Shown one piece after another: positions 45,950 to 54,289 of a DNA stretch of 64,000 bases (positions within the stretch are counted from its first letter, which is position 1; each line of letters starts with the position of its first letter). Below the pieces are notes generated by a model, which did not search any database, was not told the origin of the DNA, and saw nothing but the letters and a program-made list of their open reading frames with translations. This DNA is from Candidatus Latescibacterota bacterium (GTDB taxonomy: Bacteria > Latescibacterota > UBA2968 > UBA8231). The DNA lies in NCBI GenBank assembly GCA_965243025.1, contig CBDETY010000003.1, positions 3,520,001 to 3,584,000 of the forward strand, given 5' to 3'. Both the position numbers and the translations under genes were made by a program.

Positions 45950-47266
45950 ATGAAGGTGTTGATCGTTGGCAAAGGCGGACGGGAGCACGCCCTCGCCTGG
46001 AAGATCGCCAGGAGTCCGCTCGTATCGGAAATCCACGCGGCGCCAGGAAGCCCAGGGATGGCGGCGCTGGCGACCTGCCTCCCCGACATTCGAGTCGACA
46101 CCCCTTCCTCCGACATGGAGAGGCTGCGCTCCGAGATCCTCCGGCTGCGCGACTTCGCATCCGAACAGCGGATCGACCTGACCGTCGTCGGTCCCGAGGA
46201 CGCCCTCGCCGGCGGTCTCGTCGACGAGTTCAACGCCGCGGGACTGCCGGTGTTCGGCCCGACCGCCGCGGCGGCCCGCATCGAGACCGACAAGAGATTC
46301 TCGAAAGAGCTGATGGCCCGGATCGGAGTGCCGACCGCCGCCCACCGCACCTTCACCGACAGCGGGGAAGCGATCGCTTACGTCGAGGCGCGGGGAACGC
46401 CGATCGTCGTAAAGGCTACCGGCCTGGCCGCGGGAAAGGGCGTTGCCGTCTGCCACCGGCAGGAGGAGGCGGTCGCTGCCGTGCGGGAGCGCATGGTCGA
46501 CCGGCAGTTCGGCGACGCCGGCTCCGAGGTCGTCATCGAGGATTTCATGGAGGGGGAAGAGGCCTCGCTGTTTGCGGTCACCGACGGCCACGGTTTCATC
46601 AGCCTCGTTTCCGCCCAGGATCACAAGCCGATCTTCGAGGGGGACCGGGGGCCGAATACCGGAGGCATGGGATCCTACGCCCCGGCCCCCGTTATGACCG
46701 CGGCGATGACCGCCCGCGTCGAAGCGGAAATCGTGGCGCCGGTGCTGGGCGAGATGGCCCGCCTCGGCTGTCCCTTCCGGGGGGTGCTTTTCGTCGGCCT
46801 CATGATAGTGGAAGGCCGGCCCGAGGTAGTGGAGTTCAACTGCCGTTTCGGCGATCCCGAGGCCCAGGTCGTCCTGCCCCTGCTCGAGTCCGACCTCGTG
46901 GAGCTGTTGCTGGCTTCCGCTCAGGGAGACATCGGCAAGGTCCGCGGCGGCGTGCGCACCGGGGACGGGGCTGCTGTCTGCGTCGTGCTCGCCTCCGAAG
47001 GCTACCCGGGATCCTACGAAACCGGGAAGGAAATCTGCGGCCTCGACCGGTTCGACGGCCGGGAGGATGTGGTCGCCTTCCACGCCGGCACCGAGCTGGC
47101 CGGGGGGAAGCTGCTGACTGCGGGAGGACGGGTTCTCGGCGTCACTGCGCTCGCTCCCGGAGTTGCCGCCGCCGTCGGCAAGGCGTACGAGGCGGTCGAT
47201 GCGGTTTCCTTCGAAGGGAAGTACTGCCGCCGCGACATCGGCCACCGGGCGCTCGGCCGGTTGTAG
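45950..47266 (+). CDS. purD: Phosphoribosylamine--glycine ligase
   Basis: GKGGREHA, VGPE, KATGLAAGKGV, QDHK, GPNTGGMG, EFNCRFGDPE. Confidence 0.97.
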   Translation: MKVLIVGKGGREHALAWKIARSPLVSEIHAAPGSPGMAALATCLPDIRVDTPSSDMERLRSEILRLRDFASEQRIDLTVVGPEDALAGGLVDEFNAAGLPVFGPTAAAARIETDKRFSKELMARIGVPTAAHRTFTDSGEAIAYVEARGTPIVVKATGLAAGKGVAVCHRQEEAVAAVRERMVDRQFGDAGSEVVIEDFMEGEEASLFAVTDGHGFISLVSAQDHKPIFEGDRGPNTGGMGSYAPAPVMTAAMTARVEAEIVAPVLGEMARLGCPFRGVLFVGLMIVEGRPEVVEFNCRFGDPEAQVVLPLLESDLVELLLASAQGDIGKVRGGVRTGDGAAVCVVLASEGYPGSYETGKEICGLDRFDGREDVVAFHAGTELAGGKLLTAGGRVLGVTALAPGVAAAVGKAYEAVDAVSFEGKYCRRDIGHRALGRL

Positions 47267-47271
47267 GCGGC

Positions 47272-47511
47272 CTACTTCGAAACGCCGACTTCGAGGCGCT
47301 GGTTGGCCGGCACGTCAGTGAGAAGGCGTTTATGGCCGCCCGGCCAGAGAACCTCGAGCGTATCTACTGATGAATGGTGCCTCAACCCGAACCAGGCGGC
47401 CGGTTCGCCTTCCGACAGGTAGCTCTTGCCGGCGCTGATCTGCCGGAATTGAGACCTTCCTCCGGTGACGACCCGCAGGCGCACGCCGACGTTGTCGTAC
47501 CGGCCACTCAC
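47272..47511 (-). pseudogene. Isolated C-terminal ASPIC/UnbV-like fragment of a CRTAC1-type protein
   Basis: GVRLRV...Q.RQISAGKSYLS....WFGL....VDTLEVLWPGG...DVPANQ, with no FG-GAP N-terminal part. Confidence 0.7.
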
Positions 47512-47540
47512 TCCACGGGGCTCGACCAGCAGCCGTCGGG

Positions 47541-48902
47541 GAAGGTGACGAAGGGGACTACATCGTCCTCCATGGAACCGTCCTCCACGATCCCGCGGAC
47601 GACCTCTACAAAATCTGGTACATGGGCGCCCAGGGTTATCACTACGCCGCCAGCAGGGACGGCCTGACCTGGGAGAAACCGGACCTCGGTGTCTTCGCAG
47701 ACCGCCGTCGCCCCGACAATGCGGTTTTCCGGGGGGCCTGGCCGCAGCAGTACGCCGCGCACGAGGTGATCATCCAGGGCGTTTCTGTCATCCTCGACGA
47801 ACACGCCCCGGTTCCGCATGAGCGCTTCAAGCTCTTCACATTCTGCACGGCTCCCGCGCACGTGCAGGAGAAGCTCGGCGGGCGCTGCGAATACGGCTAT
47901 TACACCGCCACCTCGGCCGACGGCATCCACTGGTGTTGCGCCGATGCGCCGGTGCTCTCCAAACGCGGCAACGACCCGCGCATGAGCGATTGCAACACCT
48001 GCATGTACGATCCCCTCGGCAACCGCTTCATCGCCTTCACGAAGCGCCATATCCCCCGCGGCGACGGCACGGGCGACCAGGATATACACCACCGCGCCCG
48101 CGGCGTTTCCTTCAGTGAAGACTTCGTCAAGTGGAGCAACCCCGTCACCTGTCTGTACGCGGACGAATTCGATCCGGCGGACATGCAGCTCTACCGCCAG
48201 AACGGCTGGGCCTACGAGGGCATGTACCTGGGCTTGGTCGAGCCCTACTACAGCTCCCGCCACAACCCGACCATGCCGATGTGCCGCGACACCCAGCTCG
48301 TCTCCAGCCGAGACGGCGAGCACTGGTTCCGGGCGGGCAACCGGAAGACGTTCATACCGATCGGCGGGCCTGGAACATGGGACGCGTTCATGATAGATAC
48401 CCCTTCCAACGGCCCTTTCGCAAAGGGCGACGAGCTGTGGTTCTATTACGGCGGCCGCCGGAAGCACCACAATTTCCAGGAGGGCTTTTTTGCGACCGGA
48501 GACGACGAGGAGCGGGCGGCTATCGGACTGGCGACCCTGCGGCGGGACGGCTTCGTGTCGTATGATGCGGGCGACGAGACGGGGGTGCTGAGGACGAGGC
48601 CGGTCATCTTTCCAGCAGGTCGCCAACTGCGCGTCAATGTCGATGCCTCACGCGGTTCGCTTCAGGTTGAAATCATCACCGTCACTGAGGACCCCGACGC
48701 CCAGCTGCTGGATTGGGGCATCCGCTACGGAGAGCCGCTTGCCGGGTTCGACCTCCCGTCGACCCTGCCCCTGACAGCCGACTCGACCGACTGCCCCGTG
48801 CGGTGGACTCACGGCACCGACATTTCCGGGCTCGGCGGTCGCCTTCTCGCCTTTCGATTCCACCTTCGCAACGCCTCGCTCTACGGTTTCTGGATCGACT
48901 GA
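47541..48902 (+). CDS. Glycoside hydrolase-like beta-propeller protein (GH32/GH43/GH130-like), probably 5'-truncated
   Basis: Asp-box-like repeats SRDGLTW, SADGIHW, SEDFVKW, SRDGEHW; ELWFYYGG; LATLRRDGF. Conserved-looking HGTVLHD...YKIWY lies upstream of ATG 47622. Confidence 0.75.
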   Translation, partial: EGDEGDYIVLHGTVLHDPADDLYKIWYMGAQGYHYAASRDGLTWEKPDLGVFADRRRPDNAVFRGAWPQQYAAHEVIIQGVSVILDEHAPVPHERFKLFTFCTAPAHVQEKLGGRCEYGYYTATSADGIHWCCADAPVLSKRGNDPRMSDCNTCMYDPLGNRFIAFTKRHIPRGDGTGDQDIHHRARGVSFSEDFVKWSNPVTCLYADEFDPADMQLYRQNGWAYEGMYLGLVEPYYSSRHNPTMPMCRDTQLVSSRDGEHWFRAGNRKTFIPIGGPGTWDAFMIDTPSNGPFAKGDELWFYYGGRRKHHNFQEGFFATGDDEERAAIGLATLRRDGFVSYDAGDETGVLRTRPVIFPAGRQLRVNVDASRGSLQVEIITVTEDPDAQLLDWGIRYGEPLAGFDLPSTLPLTADSTDCPVRWTHGTDISGLGGRLLAFRFHLRNASLYGFWID

Positions 48903-48984
48903 AAGAGAACTTCGAAGCGCTGCCGGCCGGAATGGTTTGACAATTCCAGCGGAAGGGTTTCAATTGACATCCGTTTGTTTGACT

Positions 48985-49064
48985 TGCCAAACTTTTGATT
49001 GGTTGTATATTCATGCGGTTGCCTTTCCAATCGTATATTTGGCATGCAAATCAAATGATTGGCA
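48985..49064. promoter_or_regulatory. Array of 20-bp palindromic operator units upstream of the imelysin operon
   Basis: Units at 48985, 49025 and 49045 (weak unit at 49005) match TGCCAATCAWWTGATTGGCA; the array overlaps TTGCCA-N16-TATATT. Confidence 0.7.
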
Positions 49065-49201
49065 AAGACTACCGGAGCTGGAAACTGCACTCCCGCCCCC
49101 CGGGACGCCTGCCAGATTCCCTGGCGGGAAAACGCGGGATTGCCCCGGCTCCCCGGTATGGGACTCTTGCCCGCCGACTGCCCTGACAAAGGACCGCAGG
49201 G

Positions 49202-49348
49202 ATGAATGTCATTACGGAAAACACCCGCCGATGGACAGCCGTTTACCGCTGTGATGCCGGCGGTATCCACCCGGTGTACCAGAACGTCAACATCGGCATG
49301 ACATGCTCGGAATTCCTCGTCCTGAACCGGAGCCTCCAGAAGGTATGA
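49202..49348 (+). CDS. 48-aa small protein heading the imelysin operon
   Basis: MNVITENTRRWTAVYRCDAGGIHPVYQNVNIGMTCSEFLVLNRSLQKV; purine-rich RBS-like sequence; ATGA overlap with the next gene. Confidence 0.6.
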   Translation: MNVITENTRRWTAVYRCDAGGIHPVYQNVNIGMTCSEFLVLNRSLQKV

Positions 49349-50574
49349 GAACCCGGGTCGCCGCCACCGCCTGCTTCCTGTTCGCCGCGCCGCTGCTTGC
49401 GGCCCCCGGGGAGACGCCGTTGCGGCTGAGCGGCTACGGGGAGATCAACTACTGGCGCTTCGATTACGGCCCCGACCAGAAGAGCCTCCCCGAGGGTTCG
49501 GCTCCCGACAACCGCGCCCTGATCGACGTCACCAGGCTCGCCCTGGAATTCGAGGCGGAGCTGCTGCCCCGCCTTGAGCTGGAAGCGGAAGTGGAGTTCG
49601 AGCACGGGGGGACCGGGGGCGCCCTCGAGCTGGAGTACGAGGAGTTCGGCGAGTTCGAGCAGGAGGTCGGGAAAGGGGGCGAGGTGATCCTGGAGGAGCT
49701 GTACGTCAAGCGCTCCTTCGGCGACGACCTCGCCCTCAGCGCCGGCCACTTCTACGTCGCCGTCGGCCTGCTCTCCAGCCGCTACCACCCACTCGATTTC
49801 TACGGCACCGTGCGCTCGGAGGCGGAAACGTCGATGATCCCCGCCTTGTGGCACGAGACCGGGATCGAGGCGTCCGGCCGGACTCGGGGCTGGCGCTGGC
49901 GCCTGCAGGTGATCAACGGACTGGACGCCACCGGGTTCAGCTCCCAGAGGTGGGTTGCCGGCGGACATCAGCTGCGTTTCGAGCAGGTCAGGGCCGACGG
50001 CCTCGCCCTCGCAGGCCGGGTCGATTACGAGCCGGCCCCGGGAACCCTGATCGGCGCCTCCCTCTACCGGGGCGACAGCGCCGGAAACCGCCCCAAACCG
50101 GACATGAAGGGGACCTCCGCTCACGTCACCATCTCCGACATCCACGCCCACTTCACGGGCAGGCGTCTGCGCGCCCGCGGCCTGTTCCTCTACGGGCATC
50201 TCGAAAACGCCGCGGCTGTCAGCGCCCGCAACCGCACCCTTTCCAACAATCTCGACGTGCTGCGCAGCCCCGTGGCAAGCGCCGCGAACGCCCTCTACCT
50301 CGAGGCGGGCTGCGATATCCTGCCCTGGCTTGCCGCCCGGCCGGGGGAGCGGCTCGACCTGTTCGTCCGCTACGACGACTACGACACCATGGCCGAGGTG
50401 CCGGACGGGTTCTTCGACAATCCCCGTTTCGACCGTCGGGTTTACACGGTCGGCTTCAACTACGCCGTCGCGGGCAAGGTCGTGGTCAAGGCCGATTACG
50501 CCATGCGCCGGCTCGGTGCGGCGCGCTTCAATGACGAAAACACCCTTGGACTGGCACTCGGATTCCAGTTCTGA
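49345..50574 (+). CDS. Outer-membrane beta-barrel (porin-like) protein of a putative iron-uptake operon
   Basis: Signal peptide, LSGYGEINY, EVEFEHGGTG, PALWHETG, C-terminal ALGFQF. Confidence 0.85.
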   Translation: MRTRVAATACFLFAAPLLAAPGETPLRLSGYGEINYWRFDYGPDQKSLPEGSAPDNRALIDVTRLALEFEAELLPRLELEAEVEFEHGGTGGALELEYEEFGEFEQEVGKGGEVILEELYVKRSFGDDLALSAGHFYVAVGLLSSRYHPLDFYGTVRSEAETSMIPALWHETGIEASGRTRGWRWRLQVINGLDATGFSSQRWVAGGHQLRFEQVRADGLALAGRVDYEPAPGTLIGASLYRGDSAGNRPKPDMKGTSAHVTISDIHAHFTGRRLRARGLFLYGHLENAAAVSARNRTLSNNLDVLRSPVASAANALYLEAGCDILPWLAARPGERLDLFVRYDDYDTMAEVPDGFFDNPRFDRRVYTVGFNYAVAGKVVVKADYAMRRLGAARFNDENTLGLALGFQF

Positions 50575-50610
50575 AGGTGGTTCATTCACCCTGTAACCGG
50601 AGAGACTCCC

Positions 50611-51684
50611 ATGTTGCACCGCTCCAGACTCCTCCTTGCCTTGCTGGCGTCCGCGCTCGTTTTCACAGCCTGCGGAGACGACGACAAAAGCCTCACCGGC
50701 CCCGGCGGCGAATCGTACGACTTCGGACCGATCCTCGAGGATTTCGCCAACAACGTCGTCATCCCCACCTACCGCGACCTGGATGCCGCCGCGGCAACGC
50801 TGGCAGCCGCCGTGGCCGCCCTGCGGGACAACCCGACCGACGCCACCCTTGAAGCGGCGCGCGACGCCTGGGTCGCCGCCCGCGTCCCCTGGGAGGCGAG
50901 CGAAGGCTTTCTTTTCGGACCCGTAGACTTCAACGGCTACGACCCCGCCCTCGACAGCTGGCCCGTCAACCGCACCGACCTCGACGGAGTGATGGCCAGC
51001 GACAACGACCTCGGCGCCGAGTACGTCAACGGCCTGGACGGGACCTTGAAGGGGTTCCATACCATCGAGTACCTGCTGTTCGACGAGGGGGGCAGCAAGA
51101 CCCCGGCGGACTTCACCGAGCGCCAGTTCGACTACCTCGTCGCCAGCACCCGCGTCCTCGAGCAGACGGCCTCCGACCTGCACGACAGCTGGATTCCCTC
51201 GGGCGGCAACTTCGTCTCCAAGGTCGTCGGGGCCGGCAGCGGAAGCGACATCTACCCCTCCCAGCGGTCCGCGGTCCAGGAAATCGTCAACGGCATGATC
51301 GGCATCTGCGACGAGGTGGCCAACGGCAAGATCGCCGACCCCTTCAGCGAGCAGGATCCGCGGCTCGTGGAATCCCAGTTCAGCTTCAACTCCCTCGAGG
51401 ACTTCCAGAACAACATGCGCAGCGTCCGGAACGCCTACACCGGGGACTACCACGGCAGCGAGGGGACCGGCCTCGACGAATTCGTCGCCCTGCGCAACGC
51501 CGACCTCGACAGCCGGCTGAAGAGGGAGGTCGAGGCCGCCATCGACGAGATCGGCAGGATCAGCAACCCCTTCCGGGACGCCATCGCCAGCGACGCCGAC
51601 CAGATCGAGAAGGCGCAGCAGGCGATAGCCAGGGTGCAGCAGACCCTGGAGGAGGACGTCCTTACCCTGGTGCTCGGACAGTAA
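50611..51684 (+). CDS. Imelysin-like (peptidase M75) lipoprotein
   Basis: Lipobox FTAC, ARDAWVAARVPWE.SE.FLFGP, GxHxxE motif KGFHTIEYLLF. Confidence 0.92.
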   Translation: MLHRSRLLLALLASALVFTACGDDDKSLTGPGGESYDFGPILEDFANNVVIPTYRDLDAAAATLAAAVAALRDNPTDATLEAARDAWVAARVPWEASEGFLFGPVDFNGYDPALDSWPVNRTDLDGVMASDNDLGAEYVNGLDGTLKGFHTIEYLLFDEGGSKTPADFTERQFDYLVASTRVLEQTASDLHDSWIPSGGNFVSKVVGAGSGSDIYPSQRSAVQEIVNGMIGICDEVANGKIADPFSEQDPRLVESQFSFNSLEDFQNNMRSVRNAYTGDYHGSEGTGLDEFVALRNADLDSRLKREVEAAIDEIGRISNPFRDAIASDADQIEKAQQAIARVQQTLEEDVLTLVLGQ

Positions 51685-51715
51685 GGGCACGGAGTCGGGC
51701 AGGGGCACGCGTGAC

Positions 51716-53101
51716 ATGAACCGGGGCCTGTACGCCTGCGCTCTCGCCGGCTTTCTTCTCTGCGGCTGCGGCGACGGCGGCCCCACGGCTCCCCTCGCCT
51801 CCCGGGAGGACAAGGCGCTTTCCGGAGGTGGGGCGACCGTTTTCGACGCCGCCAGCACCGCCTTCGAGAACCCGGTGCCCGGCCTCGAGGCGGACCAGAT
51901 GGCCCGCTTCCTCGCCGGCGACGCCGCCTTCGAAGCGGTGTTCGTCAGCGCCCCTGCGGAGGTCAACGGCGGGCTCGGTCCGGTCTTCAACCAGACCTCG
52001 TGCGTCGGTTGCCACGGCCGCGACGGCCGCGGCCGGTCCGGGTTCGGGGAGACCGCGCCTTTCATCGGCTCGGCGCTGATGCAGGTCAGCCTGCCGGGAG
52101 CCGGCTCCGAGCATCCCGGGGCACCTGAGCCGGTTCCCGGCTTCGGCCTGCAGATCGGGGACCGGGCGATCTTCGGGGTGGAACCCGAAGGGCGGGTGGA
52201 GACGAGCTGGTTCGAGGAGGAAGGCCGCTTCGCCGGCGGCGGAACCTACACCCTCCGGCAGCCGGCCTACGAGCTGACCGACACCTACATCGACCTTCCG
52301 GCAGGCGTTCTCACTTCGGTGCGAATGGCCCCCCCCGTCTTCGGCCGCGGCCTCCTCGAGGCGGTCGACGAGTCGGAGATTCTCGCCCTCGCCGACCCGG
52401 GGGACACGGACGGGGACGGCATCTCCGGAAGGCCCAACTACGTCTTCGACGTCCAGGCCGGGCGCACGGTGCTCGGCCGCTTCGGCTGGAAGGCGAACAA
52501 CCCCACCCTGCTGCAGCAGGTGGCCACGGCCTACAGGGAGGACATGGGCGTTACCACTCCCTATTTCCCCGGGGAGTCCACGGCCGGCCAGCCGCAGGCC
52601 GACGGCCTCGCCGACGATCCCGAGCTCTCCCCGGAGATTCTCGACGACGCCGTCTTCTACATCGTCACCCTTGCCGTTCCGGCGCGGCGCGACCTCGACG
52701 ACCCCGTCGCCCTGAAGGGGGAGAAGCTGTTCGCCGACGCCGGCTGCGCCGCCTGCCACGTCCCCACGCTGCACACCGGGCCGCACGAGGTGGCGGCCCT
52801 GTCGAACCAGGTCATCCACCCCTACACCGACCTGCTGCTGCACGACATGGGTGACGAGCTGGCCGACCACCGGCCGGACTACGAGGCGGACGGCCGCGAG
52901 TGGCGGACCCCGCCCCTGTGGGGCATCGGCCTGACGGCAACGGTCAACGGCGTTCCCGCCTACCTCCACGACGGCCGCGCCGCCACCCTGATGGAGGCGG
53001 TCATGTTCCACGGAGGGGAAGCGGAAACGGCGAGAGAGGCGGTGAGGGAGATGAGCGCGGAGGACCGCCGGGCGCTGATCGCCTTCCTCAACTCGCTGTA
53101 G
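51716..53101 (+). CDS. Di-heme oxidoreductase (DHOR/DUF1111-type) lipoprotein
   Basis: Lipobox LCGC, GLGPVFNQTSCVGCH, GRFGWKA, GCAACH, WRTPPLWG, YLHDGRA. Confidence 0.92.
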   Translation: MNRGLYACALAGFLLCGCGDGGPTAPLASREDKALSGGGATVFDAASTAFENPVPGLEADQMARFLAGDAAFEAVFVSAPAEVNGGLGPVFNQTSCVGCHGRDGRGRSGFGETAPFIGSALMQVSLPGAGSEHPGAPEPVPGFGLQIGDRAIFGVEPEGRVETSWFEEEGRFAGGGTYTLRQPAYELTDTYIDLPAGVLTSVRMAPPVFGRGLLEAVDESEILALADPGDTDGDGISGRPNYVFDVQAGRTVLGRFGWKANNPTLLQQVATAYREDMGVTTPYFPGESTAGQPQADGLADDPELSPEILDDAVFYIVTLAVPARRDLDDPVALKGEKLFADAGCAACHVPTLHTGPHEVAALSNQVIHPYTDLLLHDMGDELADHRPDYEADGREWRTPPLWGIGLTATVNGVPAYLHDGRAATLMEAVMFHGGEAETAREAVREMSAEDRRALIAFLNSL

Positions 53102-53154
53102 CGCTCCGCCGGCGGGACCTCGTCCATGCGCCCCGGGAGAACCGGGGCACCGCG

Positions 53155-53260
53155 CCATGGGTCTCCAGGCCGTTCCCCCATTCGGACGGCATGTCCGTGC
53201 AGTCCGGGAGGTTGCCACCTGCGGCCTGTACCCGTATTCATCACTCCCGACGTCAACGGC
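53155..53260 (-). other. Structured intergenic element, possibly an orphan IS110-type non-coding end
   Basis: Long-range stem GGGT-A-CAGGCCG...CGGCCTG-GAG-ACCC enclosing internal loops and a hairpin. The family resemblance is from memory only. Confidence 0.35.
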
Positions 53261-53394
53261 TGCTTCCCGATCCTTCGACCGAAAAGTCGCCCTGAATGAT
53301 GCCGGGCGTCCGCGGCCGGTTCGAACGCACCGGACGACTTGACCGTGAGGATCGGAACCGCCACAGGAAACCGAAATCCGCCCGTCGAGACCCG

Positions 53395-53751
53395 ATGACC
53401 TACTCCCTGCGCCTTCACGACCTGCGGTTCTTCGGCCACCACGGGGTTCATCCCGGGGAACAGGCCCTCGGCCAGGAGTTCCAGGTCGACGTCGAGCTTG
53501 AACTGCCGCTGACGGCGGACCCGGATTCGCCGGAGAGCACCGTGGATTACGTCGAGGTTTTCCGGCTGGTCGAGGAGACCGTGGAAAAGGAGCGCTTCAG
53601 GCTGATCGAGGCCCTGGCCGCGGAGATCCTCCGCCGCATCGGCGACCGTTTCGCCCCCCCGCTGGTGACGGTGCGGGTGCGCAAGCCGCACCCGCCGATC
53701 GCCGCACAGCTCGACAGTGTCGAAGTCGAAATCACGAAATCCTTCGCCTGA
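53395..53751 (+). CDS. folB: Dihydroneopterin aldolase
   Basis: ATG 53395; FFGHHGV...EQ.LGQEF.VD, TVDY, LIEALA, VRKP. Confidence 0.95.
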   Translation: MTYSLRLHDLRFFGHHGVHPGEQALGQEFQVDVELELPLTADPDSPESTVDYVEVFRLVEETVEKERFRLIEALAAEILRRIGDRFAPPLVTVRVRKPHPPIAAQLDSVEVEITKSFA

Positions 53752-54289
53752 GGAGGCTTTCGTCGGTCTCGGCTCAAACCTGGGGGACCGGCGCGGGTTC
53801 ATCGCCTCCGGAGTGGCGGCGATCCGCAGGCTGCCCGGGGTCGAGCTCTGTGTGCCCTCTTCCCTCTACGAAACCGACCCGGTCGGCCTGGAGGACCAGC
53901 CGCGCTTCCTGAATGCAGTCGCCCTCGTGCGCACCAGCCTGTCGCCCTCCCGGCTGCTGCGGTCCCTGCTCGCCATCGAGCAGGAGCACGGCAGGCAGCG
54001 GCCGATCCCCGACGGTCCGCGCACCCTCGATCTCGACCTGCTGCTGCACGGAAGCCGCGTCGCCGCCGATGCGGACCTGCAGGTTCCCCATCCCCGCATG
54101 ACCGGGCGCTGCTTCGTGCTCAGACCCCTGCTCGAGCTGGCACCCGGCCTCGTGCATCCCGGGACCGGTGAACGGCTTTCCGACTGCCTCGACAGGTGCG
54201 ACTGTTCGGGGGTTCGCCCGGCGGGAAGGCTTCCCGGCAGGAGTGCCGGGGATTCGGGGATCGCGGAGCCCGGACCCCTCTCTACCTGA
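53717..54289 (+). CDS. folK: 2-amino-4-hydroxy-6-hydroxymethyldihydropteridine diphosphokinase
   Basis: GLGSNLGD, SSLYET.P, FLNAV, GPRTLDLDLL, PHPRM..R.FVL.P. Confidence 0.95.
   Translation: MSKSKSRNPSPEEAFVGLGSNLGDRRGFIASGVAAIRRLPGVELCVPSSLYETDPVGLEDQPRFLNAVALVRTSLSPSRLLRSLLAIEQEHGRQRPIPDGPRTLDLDLLLHGSRVAADADLQVPHPRMTGRCFVLRPLLELAPGLVHPGTGERLSDCLDRCDCSGVRPAGRLPGRSAGDSGIAEPGPLST

Noticed and set aside
48985-49064. 20-bp periodic units as a mini-CRISPR
   Set aside because: The units abut without spacers and are degenerate palindromes over a promoter; an operator array fits better.
53190-53280. SRP RNA or THF riboswitch
   Set aside because: Only partial resemblances (an Alu-like GGGAGGT..CCTGTACC on plus, GGAAGCAGC on minus) on opposite strands; no intact SRP helix 8 or THF core.
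53312-53335. GGTTCGAA as a tRNA T-loop
   Set aside because: The flanking bases do not form a T-stem or cloverleaf.
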